Origin: Calditrichales bacterium
GTDB lineage: Bacteria > Calditrichota > Calditrichia > Calditrichales > J004
Assembly: GCA_965267575.1 (NCBI GenBank)
Contig: OZ254086.1
Coordinates: forward strand, 4,032,001 to 4,096,000
DNA: 64,000 nucleotides
Direction of reading: 5' to 3'
Position 1 is the first letter of the stretch. Every line of letters begins with the position of its first letter. This document shows, one piece after another, positions 1 to 9,593 of this stretch. A model generated the notes under the pieces. It had not been told where the DNA came from, ran no database searches, and saw only the letters and a list, made by a program, of their open reading frames with translations. A program made the position numbers and the translations under genes.

Positions 1-178
1 ATTGCCTTATTTCGTCATCATTCAGAAAATCGTTGTCAGTCAGAACGCGGTAAAAGTAGCGCTGATCAGTATTGCGGTAGGCCAGTTCTTCGTACAAGGT
101 TTTGTCAATTATCTTGTAATAGACCAGAGCCTTAGCCAGCCAGTTATCTTCAAATTGATGTTTGGTCGCTACTTCCAT
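1..178 (-). CDS. 5' part of a gene running off the window; N-terminus resembles the MshEN-like region of GspE/PilB-type ATPases
   Basis: Manual translation from ATG at 178: MEVATKHQFEDNWLAKALVYYKIIDKTLYEELAYRNTDQRYFYRVLTDNDFLNDDEIRQ, open to the window edge, purine-rich RBS upstream; family call from pattern only. Confidence 0.45.
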   Translation of the reverse strand, partial: MEVATKHQFEDNWLAKALVYYKIIDKTLYEELAYRNTDQRYFYRVLTDNDFLNDDEIRQ

Positions 179-291
179 TGCATAAATCCCCTTTCATTTG
201 TTCATAAAATTCGAACAAGCGCCTTTAAACCTTAAAAGGCCGCTAAAAAGGGTCAATTTGCAATCATTTTTAAAAGATTTTGGAAGAGGTA

Positions 292-1215
292 TTAAGGCAG
301 TTTTGCCAAGATGGCGGCGTGCATGTCGTTGGCGGTTTCAAAGTTGCTTACATCAAACCAGTGAATGCGCGGATCGGCATTGAACCAGGTGAGCTGCCGT
401 TTGGCGTAACGCCGGCTGTTTCTTTTTATCAGTTCAGCCATATCCTTTTTATTGATTGTGTCATCGAGATAGCTAACGACTTCTTTATAACCAACGGCAT
501 TCAGCGCGTTTGTATGCCGGTATCCCTTTCGCAGCAGCTCACTTACTTCATGGATTAATCCGCGCGCGATCATCTGATCCACCCGGTTGTTAATACGTCT
601 GTAAAGTTCTGGCCTGGGCAGCATCAGACCGATCAGATAATAATCAAAAGGTGCTTTCTCCGTTGATTGCTTATGCCATTCGGAAAGCGGCTTTCCGCTT
701 ACGAAATAAGCTTCCAGCCCGCGCAGAATACGCTGGCGGTCATTCTCCGAGATTCGCTCGGCCAGAGGCGGGTCGATTTTTTTTAATTGTAAATAGAGGG
801 CGGGCAATCCTTTTTCGCGCAGCTCGCTGTTTAGCTGTTCGCGCACAGATTCATCTTTCAGATCCGCTTCAATAATGCCGTCAAGCAATGCCTTTATGTA
901 CATGCCCGATCCGCCGGCAACGATACAATTGCGTCCCCCGCTTAAAATGTCAACAACAGCGGCCCGTGCTTCACGGCTGAAATCACCGGCACTGTAAGTC
1001 TGGTCCGGCTCTACGTGGTCAACAAAAAGATGCCTCACGCGCGATAACTCTTGTGCTGAAGGCTTGGCCGTGCCGATATCCATATACTTGTAAATCTGCC
1101 GCGAGTCTGCGGAAATTACGGTGGCATTCAACTTTTCGGCCAGAAACAGGGCCAGGTCTGTTTTGCCGCAGGCGGTAGGTCCGACAATAACCGGGACGTA
1201 TGCTAATTTCTTCAT
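292..1215 (-). CDS. miaA: tRNA dimethylallyltransferase
   Basis: GPTACGKT P-loop, ISADSRQIY, DIGTAKP, YAKRQLTWF; follows mutL. Confidence 0.97.
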   Translation of the reverse strand: MKKLAYVPVIVGPTACGKTDLALFLAEKLNATVISADSRQIYKYMDIGTAKPSAQELSRVRHLFVDHVEPDQTYSAGDFSREARAAVVDILSGGRNCIVAGGSGMYIKALLDGIIEADLKDESVREQLNSELREKGLPALYLQLKKIDPPLAERISENDRQRILRGLEAYFVSGKPLSEWHKQSTEKAPFDYYLIGLMLPRPELYRRINNRVDQMIARGLIHEVSELLRKGYRHTNALNAVGYKEVVSYLDDTINKKDMAELIKRNSRRYAKRQLTWFNADPRIHWFDVSNFETANDMHAAILAKLP

Positions 1216-3077
1216 CGCGAGAATTTGCGTGACAGCTCTTCCAGATCCATGGTAATGATGGCCGGCTTGCCGTTTGGCGCAAAGAATGGTTCTTCGCAGG
1301 CGAACAGCTGATCGACCAATGATTGCATTTCCCTATCGGTAAGCTCCTCACCGATTTTGACGGCATTCTTATAGGCATAAGCGGCGGCAATTTTTTCGAT
1401 GCGGTCAAAATTGCCCATGTGCGTATTTTTGTAATAATCAATTACATCAAGCAGTATCTGGCTTTCGCGGCCCAGCTTTACATCGGCGGGCATGGCTTCT
1501 ATTACAATCGTGTTACCGCTGAACACATTCACAGTAAACCCGATTTTATGCAGCACATGATAGATATCCTTAAAAATCCCGAAGTCATCCAGGGCCAGTG
1601 TAATTTTTTGCGGAAATAGAAGCTTCTGCGAGTTGGCCTCGTGTTTGTCTGCCAGCTGGGCAATCGTGCGTTCAAAAAGTATGCGCGCGTGCGCCAGGTG
1701 CTGATCAATTACCACCAGGCCGCTTTTAATTTCAGAAATAATGTAGCGTCTGTGAACCTGCCACAAACGCACCTCGCTGCTGACTGCACCTTGCTCGCTT
1801 AAAAGCTTTTGACCGGCAGATGCAGGCGGAGCGTCCGCAGCTTCCTTTTCCTTTACGGGTGAAAAATAAATCATGCTAAGCTGATGCCCGCCGCGTCCCC
1901 TTACTTTTTTGTCGCGCCGCCCCTGGAAGCGTGACAAGACCAGTTCGTTGCGGTCTTCCTTTTGCGCTGCCCCCGCAGGACTCTCCTGCAGAACAACGTT
2001 TTTAACGGCACTGCCTTCCGGTTCCAGCGAAAGGTCTGCCAACAGGCCGCGGTTATGTAAGCCGCGGCGCACCGTGTTCATAAACAGGTAATAAAGGGTA
2101 CGCTCGTTGGAAAAACGTACCTGCATTTTTGTGGGATGGATGTTTACATCAACCAGATTTGCATCCAGCGTCAAAAAAAGACAATAGGCCGGGTGACTGC
2201 CCTCTTCGAGACTTTCCCCGTAGCCCTGGTAGATGGCATGCCCAAGACTTTTATCAAAAATGGGCCGTCCGTTCAAAAACAGATGCTGGTGACTTTTGGA
2301 GCGGCGGGCTGCCTGCGGTTTCCCAATATGGCCCTTTATTGTGATCCCGCCGAGGCTGTTTGCAACCGCGATCATTTCAGCGAAAAGGTCGTCTCCGTAG
2401 ATAGAAGCTACGCGCTCGTCCGGCTTTTGCTCTTTAATATTAAACACGTCACGCCCGTCGATCGAAACTTTGAAGGCTATGGCGGGATAACAAAGCATAA
2501 AACGCTTCAACACAGCCAAAATCTGCTGATTTTCAGTGCTGTCCGCTTTTTGGAATTTTCGTCTGGCCGGTGTGTTAAAAAAAAGTTGCCGCACCCAGAT
2601 ACTGGTGCCGGGATTGGCCGCGGTTTTGCTAATATTGGAAAAGCTGCCGCCGTTCACCTTTAAAACAGAGCCGGTCTTTTCCGTGGCCGCGCGCGTTTTT
2701 ATTTCCATTTGAGAAACGGAAGCAATGCTGGGCAACGCTTCCCCCCGAAAACCAAGGGTAAGAATATTGTCCAGATCGTTTTCATCGCTGATCTTGCTGG
2801 TGGCGTGGCGTTCAAAAGCAGTAAGCAGCTGCTCCGATTTTATACCGCGGCCGTTGTCCACCACCTGAAGCAATTGCTTCCCGCCTTTTTCAACGTAAAC
2901 CTCAATCGCATCGGCCCCGGCGTCAATTGCATTTTCCACCAGCTCTTTTATTACGCTGGCAGGACGCTCCACTACCTCTCCGGCAGCAATCTTATTGGCA
3001 AGCGCTTCCGGCAAGACACGAATGTCCGGATATGATCGCTTATGGGTCATAAATGTTCTTTTTCTTGTTGAATACAA
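1212..3077 (-). CDS. mutL: DNA mismatch repair protein MutL (start may be 3050)
   Basis: NKIAAGEVVERPASVIKELVENAIDAGA, GFRGEALPSI, DVNIHPTK; C-terminal endonuclease motifs are degenerate. Confidence 0.96.
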   Translation of the reverse strand: MYSTRKRTFMTHKRSYPDIRVLPEALANKIAAGEVVERPASVIKELVENAIDAGADAIEVYVEKGGKQLLQVVDNGRGIKSEQLLTAFERHATSKISDENDLDNILTLGFRGEALPSIASVSQMEIKTRAATEKTGSVLKVNGGSFSNISKTAANPGTSIWVRQLFFNTPARRKFQKADSTENQQILAVLKRFMLCYPAIAFKVSIDGRDVFNIKEQKPDERVASIYGDDLFAEMIAVANSLGGITIKGHIGKPQAARRSKSHQHLFLNGRPIFDKSLGHAIYQGYGESLEEGSHPAYCLFLTLDANLVDVNIHPTKMQVRFSNERTLYYLFMNTVRRGLHNRGLLADLSLEPEGSAVKNVVLQESPAGAAQKEDRNELVLSRFQGRRDKKVRGRGGHQLSMIYFSPVKEKEAADAPPASAGQKLLSEQGAVSSEVRLWQVHRRYIISEIKSGLVVIDQHLAHARILFERTIAQLADKHEANSQKLLFPQKITLALDDFGIFKDIYHVLHKIGFTVNVFSGNTIVIEAMPADVKLGRESQILLDVIDYYKNTHMGNFDRIEKIAAAYAYKNAVKIGEELTDREMQSLVDQLFACEEPFFAPNGKPAIITMDLEELSRKFSR

Positions 3078-3120
3078 TTACCAACACATACAACGGTCTA
3101 TTACCAATTAACCTTTCCCG

Positions 3121-4560
3121 TTAAAGAAAAAGAAACGTTACCACTATGAAAATCGGAATAAGAATCGGGATCGACCACTTAATCATGTAGCCAAAAAAGC
3201 TGGGCATTTTGATTCCGGATTCTTCACAAATAGACTTAACCATAAAATTAGGTGCATTCCCTATATAGGTATTGGCGCCCATAAAAACAGCCCCTATCGA
3301 TATGCCAACAAGGCGATCAATAAACTGGGGATATTCTTGTGAAATATTTCCGGCTGCAAAGGCCGCTCTTATCTGATCTTCGGTCAGGCCCAAATTTCCA
3401 AGCGCGGTATTAAAGAACGTGAGATAGGTAGGCGCATTATCAAGAAAACTGGATAAAATACCGGTTACCCAAAAATAGTCCCTGGGCTCCTTAACGGTAG
3501 CTACCAATGCGCTAAGCGCGCCCTTTTCACCAGCCTGCAAAATGGCCAGCGCCGGTATGATGGTCATAAAAATGCCGGCGAACAGATAGGCCACTTCCAG
3601 GATCGGGAACCAGTTAAAGCCGTTTCCTTCACGGATTTCGATATTGGTAAAGCGCAGGGAAAGCAGGCCCATGGTAACAATCCAGACGTCGCGGATAATG
3701 TTTTGCCAGGCCAGGTGTATACCGAGGATGTGTACTTCGCCCAGGTGGACAACGCCGCTGAAAAGTACACCGGCGATTACACCGAGTAAAAACAGAAAAT
3801 TATGGGCGCCTTTTATAGCCAGCGGTACTTTTTCAGTTTCTTCGGGTATGGGCGCGTCTTCTTTTTTATAGAAAAAGCTGTCCATCATAAAAAACAGGAT
3901 AAAGAGGATGACGGCTACAAACGCCATCTCTTTAAACAAGTTGAAAGTCCAGAAAAAGCTTACGCCGTGTAAAAAGCCTAAAAACAACGGCGGATCTCCG
4001 AGAGGTGTCAATGAGCCCCCGATATTTGCCACAAGGAAAATAAAGAAGACCATGATGTGCACTTTGTTTTTGCGGTGGGCATTGGCCCGGATAAGCGGAC
4101 GGATCATTACCATCGCCGCACCGGTGGTGCCAATCCAGCTGGCAAGCAACGTGCCGATTAGAAGCATGGTTGTATTTACCGCAGGTGTGCCGCGCAAAGT
4201 GCCCTTTACCAGAATGCCGCCGCTGATGGTAAACAAGCCCCACAGCAGAATGATAAAAGGGATATAATCAAAAAAGTAGATATGCAGTATTTCGTGGACA
4301 GCCTGTCCCTGGTAGGCGATCAGAAACGGGACTGCAAACAGCAACGCCCAGAACGCCGATATTTTGGGAAAATGTTTATGCCAAAAATGAGGTGCTAAAA
4401 GTGGAAATAAGGCAATCGATAAGAGTATGCCAACAAAAGGAACAACAGTCCAAATCGGAAGATGCTCCCCAAGTTTACCGCCCCCTTCGGATGCTATGGA
4501 TAATACGGGAAAAAGCAGGATGGCGAAAATAAAAGATAGTCTACTTCCGGTCCGTTTCAT
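3121..4560 (-). CDS. Ion-transporter superfamily membrane protein (putative sodium:proton antiporter / CitMHS-like)
   Basis: Many TM segments; ANIGGSLTPLGDPPLFLGF, LSSFLDNAPTY, GANTYIGNAPNFMVK; GGAGG RBS before ATG 4560. Confidence 0.8.
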   Translation of the reverse strand: MKRTGSRLSFIFAILLFPVLSIASEGGGKLGEHLPIWTVVPFVGILLSIALFPLLAPHFWHKHFPKISAFWALLFAVPFLIAYQGQAVHEILHIYFFDYIPFIILLWGLFTISGGILVKGTLRGTPAVNTTMLLIGTLLASWIGTTGAAMVMIRPLIRANAHRKNKVHIMVFFIFLVANIGGSLTPLGDPPLFLGFLHGVSFFWTFNLFKEMAFVAVILFILFFMMDSFFYKKEDAPIPEETEKVPLAIKGAHNFLFLLGVIAGVLFSGVVHLGEVHILGIHLAWQNIIRDVWIVTMGLLSLRFTNIEIREGNGFNWFPILEVAYLFAGIFMTIIPALAILQAGEKGALSALVATVKEPRDYFWVTGILSSFLDNAPTYLTFFNTALGNLGLTEDQIRAAFAAGNISQEYPQFIDRLVGISIGAVFMGANTYIGNAPNFMVKSICEESGIKMPSFFGYMIKWSIPILIPIFIVVTFLFL

Positions 4561-4613
4561 TATGAAAGCCTCCAGCCGCAATTACAGTTTCAATAAGTCC
4601 GTTTAGTTGATTG

Positions 4614-5036
4614 TCATATCAGTCTGTGGCGCGACAAAAATTCGTTTAACCACTCGTTAATCTCATCACGCAGGCGGCGGAAGGCGTTATCAATCTGGTA
4701 ATCCTTACCTTTCATGTCCCGCGGATCGTCAAATTCCTTATGTATTTTTGTTTTGCTGCTAACCAGGTTATGCACAAAATCACGGGCCTGAGGAGTAGTG
4801 GTAATAATAATATCAAATTTGTGGTGCATGTATTCGTTTACGGAAACACTCTGGTAATCGGACATATCGATACCCATTTCCAGCAATACTTTTACCACTT
4901 TGGGATGAATTTTTTTTGGACTCAGCCCGGCGCTTACCACACTGACCTTTTTAAAAGTCAGGTGTCTTATCAACTCCGCCATCATTGGGCTAAGAACAGA
5001 ATTCGTCGTTCCCAAAACCAGTATTTTTTTGTCCAT
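4614..5036 (-). CDS. ArsC/low-molecular-weight phosphatase-fold protein lacking catalytic residues
   Basis: Fold motifs ILVL..NS..S.M, SAG, E.GID, FDDP, FRRLRDEI are present, but CX5R reads GTTNSVL and the protein has no Cys. Confidence 0.85.
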   Translation of the reverse strand: MDKKILVLGTTNSVLSPMMAELIRHLTFKKVSVVSAGLSPKKIHPKVVKVLLEMGIDMSDYQSVSVNEYMHHKFDIIITTTPQARDFVHNLVSSKTKIHKEFDDPRDMKGKDYQIDNAFRRLRDEINEWLNEFLSRHRLI

Positions 5037-5124
5037 TTCAGGCTCCACAAGGCTTCCCGTAGCAAGCTATATACAATTCAGGCAATGCATTAATTTAAGA
5101 AAGGTATTAAATATATGCTATTCT

Positions 5125-8100
5125 TTATATATCCTTAAGCAGCAATTCTTTTAATCGCTCACGAACGGATTTAACGTTGAATGGTTTGGGCAGGAAACCG
5201 TCTACACGGTTGGCCAGCAGCTCTTTTTTTACCTCGGGTTTACTGTAACCGGAGGTAACCAGGATTTTTATATCCGGTTTTAATTCACGAATCTTGAAGA
5301 ACAGATCACGGCCGTCCAGCTTCGGCATGATGATATCCAGGATAGCCAGATCGATCTCGTTCATGTGCTGTTTGAAAAGCTCCAGTCCCTCGAGGCCATC
5401 CTCCGCTAAATACGTATGATAGCCGTCGGCATTGGCAATGTCGCGCAGGATCTCCCTGATCTCTTTGGAATCATCTACCACAAGAATATTGCCGTTAGCA
5501 GAATCTTTGGCCCTGACCGCTTTTTGCGTCGCCGTCTGCTCTATAACAGGCAGATAAATAATAATCGATGTCCCCCGGCCAACCTTGGATTCGACATCAA
5601 TATAGCCGTTGTAGCGTCGCACTATATTATAGACCAGTGTAGCGCCCAACCCCTTATTACGTTCGGTTGATGTTGTACTGAAAAAGGGTTCGAAGATACG
5701 CTGCCGCGTTATTTCATCCATACCGGCGCCATTGTCATTAAATATGATCTTTACATACTCTTCATCAACAGCGTTATTGCTTATAAGAAAAGGCTCGTTG
5801 ATCGCATTGCACTGCCTGGTTTCAATAACGATCTCACCGCCGTCTTTCATTGCGTTTACAGCATTAAGGGCAAGGTTAAACAGTACCTGGTTAAAGTGGG
5901 CTTCGCTGATGCGCACATAACGTGAGGCCTTAAAACGCGTTACGATATTTATGCTATCGGGAATGGTCTTTTCAAGAAGGGTTATCGCCTGCTCTATGAT
6001 CTGATTGGGTTCAATCATGGCATCAGGATGGGTCTGGGTGGTGTCGGCATGGCTGCGCATTCGTTCCAGCAAACGATTGGCCTCGCGCAGTTTTTGCTCT
6101 ATGCTGGCTACGCTGCGCTCAGGATTCTGCTTTTTCTCGAAGGCCCTGGTCAGTTGTTCCAGATCAAGCGCCATGGCGCTGACTATATCTTTAAACTGGT
6201 CCGCAAGCACGGTAGTCAACGTACTAAAAAACTCCATCCGTTGTGTTTCGATAAAGCGTTTTTCCAGCATGCGCATATCGGTAATATCATTCCCGAAGCC
6301 CACAAGCACTTTACCGTGTTCATCGGTATCAACGATGATGTATGTCCAGCTTATTATTTTTTTTCTGTTTTCGCCGGCAAATGCATGAAATTCGACGGGT
6401 TTGTGGCTGCTTCCCACTGCAAACTCCACAGCCTCCTGCGATACATAGTTCCGGTAATTGGCATCCGCATAGAGAAGCTCTTTGTAGTGGCTATTGTTCA
6501 ACGTTTCTGAGCGTGGTATGCCAAATACGGACTCTGCTTTTTTATTCCAGATGATACATTCACCGCTTTCCATTTTTTCGGCCACGATTATGACGCCTGC
6601 TTCATCCACAAGTTCATCGGTAAAGCGTCGCGATTTACGCAACTGGTCTTTTAAAACTTCCCCTTCGCTGATATCGCGGATAACTCCCTCAATAAACGCC
6701 GGTCCGTCCGCATGCTTAACCATCCTTGCATGTTCAAGCGCCGTTATCGTTTTGCCTGTTTTTGTTTTAAGTCTGGCCACCAGGTTTTGGACAGCCGGCC
6801 GCTCACGCACCTGTTCGATAAAACGCTCTCTTTCGTCGCCGGTATCATAAAGCACACGCGCTATATCAAGATTGCGCATTTCGTTCAGTGAATCATATTC
6901 CAGCATTTTCACGAACGCCGGGTTAGCGTAAATTAGTCTGCCGTCTATTGTGGAACGGTAAATACCGTCCAGTGCGTTTTCCAGAATCTCTTTATAGGGG
7001 CCTTGGGTGCTTTCATCGCGTTGTTCCAGCAGCATGTATTTGAAACGCAGAAGGAATATGAGAACTTCGAACAAACGCGACGCAACTTCATCCGGCTCAT
7101 AGTGATTGGCGTACAGCAACACGATCACATCGCGTATGTGTCCACTGAAGTAAACCGGCAAAACAACGATGGTCTGCGCATAATTCAGGTACTCGGCATG
7201 ACCAGGATTATCCCCGGCAAAATGCAAAACGGATTTTTCCTGCGTCCGGATGCTGGTGGATATTATTTTTTCAAAGACATTGAAAACCGCCTCCTGCTCC
7301 CGCCCCAGAGTAGATTTATCAAAGAAGAGCCGATTGTTTTCGCTATCCCTATTCACCTTACATTCCAGCACCTGGTCGGCACTGTATATTTTCTTTAACA
7401 ATGCCTCGTCCAGCATCTCGCCGGATGAAGACGGCGCCTGAAGCACTTTTTGAATAAGCTGGTTAAAATAATCAAAAGCTCTTTGCTGGTAGTCAACGGT
7501 TCTTTTATACGCCAGGATCTCACTCTTATCGATCAGGATCAGGTGCAGGTCTTTGCTGTGGTTGCTCCTGAAGGCATGGATTTCCACCGGAACGAGCTTG
7601 CCGGAGTGCTCCAGAAAAGTGGTTTGAAAATGATGGGATTGTCCCATTGAGGCCCGCTCGGAAAATTTAATGATCTCGTCAAAACTGTATGTAGGTATAT
7701 AAGATGATAAATGGGTATCATTAATGTAAGGCGCGGAGTAATTGAACGTCTTAAGGAAACTCTGGTTGGCTTCCAGAATTTTGCCAAAGGCATTAACCGT
7801 AATAACATTAAATGGTGAAGCATTTATAAGCGTTTGGTAGCGCTTGCGATAAAAGCGGGCATCCCTAAGGCCTGTGCCGGCTCTGAGCAGTTTTTCGCCC
7901 AGGCTCTGCAATTGGGCAAAATCGAAATCAGACGATTCAAAAATATAGAGATTGGCCAGTTTTTGCGCGCGCGCGTACAACGGACCGTCCGCGATTTGAC
8001 CAATCACATATAGCGTTTGATCGACCAGCCCTTCATGCAGTTCTTCCAGATAATCAAAAAGTTCCTCGCCTATCCTGCTGGTTTTTAAAAGAATGCCATG

Positions 8101-8241
8101 ATACAGATTGCTGTCAAACTGACGCGGCAACTCGTCGCAGCGTTGAAAGAAAATAGTATCGAAGCGATCACTTGAAAGGGCCGGTTTTTGGTTAGACCCG
8201 GTTATACGGCTATCAATTAACAGGATAATTTTTTGAGACAT
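5125..8241 (-). CDS. Multi-PAS hybrid histidine kinase-like protein with C-terminal receiver; H-box lacks His
   Basis: PAS repeats; N box NLALNAVNAM, G1 DNGAGM, F box FEPFF, G2 KGLG; receiver ILVVDD/DIIMP/KPF; H-box position reads VLADQFKD. Confidence 0.88.
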   Translation of the reverse strand: MSQKIILLIDSRITGSNQKPALSSDRFDTIFFQRCDELPRQFDSNLYHGILLKTSRIGEELFDYLEELHEGLVDQTLYVIGQIADGPLYARAQKLANLYIFESSDFDFAQLQSLGEKLLRAGTGLRDARFYRKRYQTLINASPFNVITVNAFGKILEANQSFLKTFNYSAPYINDTHLSSYIPTYSFDEIIKFSERASMGQSHHFQTTFLEHSGKLVPVEIHAFRSNHSKDLHLILIDKSEILAYKRTVDYQQRAFDYFNQLIQKVLQAPSSSGEMLDEALLKKIYSADQVLECKVNRDSENNRLFFDKSTLGREQEAVFNVFEKIISTSIRTQEKSVLHFAGDNPGHAEYLNYAQTIVVLPVYFSGHIRDVIVLLYANHYEPDEVASRLFEVLIFLLRFKYMLLEQRDESTQGPYKEILENALDGIYRSTIDGRLIYANPAFVKMLEYDSLNEMRNLDIARVLYDTGDERERFIEQVRERPAVQNLVARLKTKTGKTITALEHARMVKHADGPAFIEGVIRDISEGEVLKDQLRKSRRFTDELVDEAGVIIVAEKMESGECIIWNKKAESVFGIPRSETLNNSHYKELLYADANYRNYVSQEAVEFAVGSSHKPVEFHAFAGENRKKIISWTYIIVDTDEHGKVLVGFGNDITDMRMLEKRFIETQRMEFFSTLTTVLADQFKDIVSAMALDLEQLTRAFEKKQNPERSVASIEQKLREANRLLERMRSHADTTQTHPDAMIEPNQIIEQAITLLEKTIPDSINIVTRFKASRYVRISEAHFNQVLFNLALNAVNAMKDGGEIVIETRQCNAINEPFLISNNAVDEEYVKIIFNDNGAGMDEITRQRIFEPFFSTTSTERNKGLGATLVYNIVRRYNGYIDVESKVGRGTSIIIYLPVIEQTATQKAVRAKDSANGNILVVDDSKEIREILRDIANADGYHTYLAEDGLEGLELFKQHMNEIDLAILDIIMPKLDGRDLFFKIRELKPDIKILVTSGYSKPEVKKELLANRVDGFLPKPFNVKSVRERLKELLLKDI

Positions 8242-8412
8242 TAATTTTTCTAACGAACTTTAGATGACACTTTTTTGATTTAAATCACTAAAAAAACAAA
8301 ACATTTATGTGACAGGCAACATCATCGCCATATGGCGATTGACATAACATTCTCCTTGCTCTATATTTTTTGGAGTCGTCGAACCAACATCTAATCTCAT
8401 AAAGCTTATTAT

Positions 8413-8856
8413 ATGAAAGTTATTATTAAAAAAGAATATGACGGACATTTTTACGTCGGGTCTTGCGAGAATCTGCCGGGATGTTACGCTCAAAATGAGA
8501 ATCCCGAAAAGCTGATCACCGATCTTCGCCAGGCCATTGAATTTTATCGCAAAAGTTATATGACGCGAAACCAGGATTTGCCACAACACTTTGATGCCCC
8601 CATTCTGGATTTAAAGATCCGTTTTGACAAACTGTCAACATCAAAGTTAAAAGATATTCTGGAAAACTATAATTTCCATGAAGAAAAGCATAATGAGAAG
8701 TTTTTGCTTTTTATGAATTCAAGCTTTCCTTTTAACCGCGTTCTTGTTCCCATAACCGCTGAATTGTCTCCGCTCATCGTAGCCAAGATATTTGGACGAG
8801 ATAATATTGTTTATGTCGGCAAACGTCAGGTTGGAAAGGCCATTTCAACGGCCTAG
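8413..8856 (+). CDS. HicB-like N-terminal domain fused to a degenerate HicA-like domain
   Basis: [35 protein letters not shown] is HicB-like; [31 protein letters not shown] follows the HicA pattern. Confidence 0.65.
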   Translation: MKVIIKKEYDGHFYVGSCENLPGCYAQNENPEKLITDLRQAIEFYRKSYMTRNQDLPQHFDAPILDLKIRFDKLSTSKLKDILENYNFHEEKHNEKFLLFMNSSFPFNRVLVPITAELSPLIVAKIFGRDNIVYVGKRQVGKAISTA

Positions 8857-9593
8857 CGATCCAGGCGGAAATTCTCCCCAAGATACACTTTTCTAACCTG
8901 TTCATCCGCAGCGAGTATGTCGGCTGTGCCCTCTTTCAGGATTTTTCCTTCAAATAACAAATAAGCTCTATCGGTTATCGACAATGTTTCGTGGACATTA
9001 TGATCGGTGATCAAAACGCCTATGCCGCGGTGTTTTAAACTATGCACAATATTCTGAATATCTTCCACGGCTATCGGGTCAACGCCGGCAAAAGGTTCAT
9101 CGAGCAGGATAAACTTGGGATCCGTAACCAAGGTTCGGGCAATTTCTGTGCGCCTCCTTTCACCACCTGAAAGGTGATAACCCAGGCTGTCGGCAATATG
9201 ACTAATATTGAGTTCTTCCAGCAGCCGGTCGCATTTCTCCCGCTGTGTCTTTTTATCAATACCCAGCATTTCCATAATTGACATAAGATTGTCTTTAACG
9301 CTAAGCTTCCGGAATACGCTGGCTTCCTGCGGCAGATAGGCGACGCCGTATCGGGCCCTTTTGTACATAGCCATTTTGGTTATTCTCTTATCCCCGATAA
9401 ATACGGAACCCGCGTTTGGCTTTATCATCCCGGTAATGATGTAAAACGTCGTCGTTTTTCCGGCTCCGTTCGGCCCCAGTAGTCCAACAATCTCGCCCTG
9501 GCGCACGCGCAGTGATACGTTGTTGACGACTTTCCTGCCGCCATAGATTTTTACCAGATTGTCTCCGCCCAATACGGTCGCACTATTCTCCAA
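8853..9593 (-). CDS. lptB: LPS export ABC transporter ATP-binding protein
   Basis: [49 protein letters not shown]. Confidence 0.97.
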   Translation of the reverse strand: MENSATVLGGDNLVKIYGGRKVVNNVSLRVRQGEIVGLLGPNGAGKTTTFYIITGMIKPNAGSVFIGDKRITKMAMYKRARYGVAYLPQEASVFRKLSVKDNLMSIMEMLGIDKKTQREKCDRLLEELNISHIADSLGYHLSGGERRRTEIARTLVTDPKFILLDEPFAGVDPIAVEDIQNIVHSLKHRGIGVLITDHNVHETLSITDRAYLLFEGKILKEGTADILAADEQVRKVYLGENFRLDR

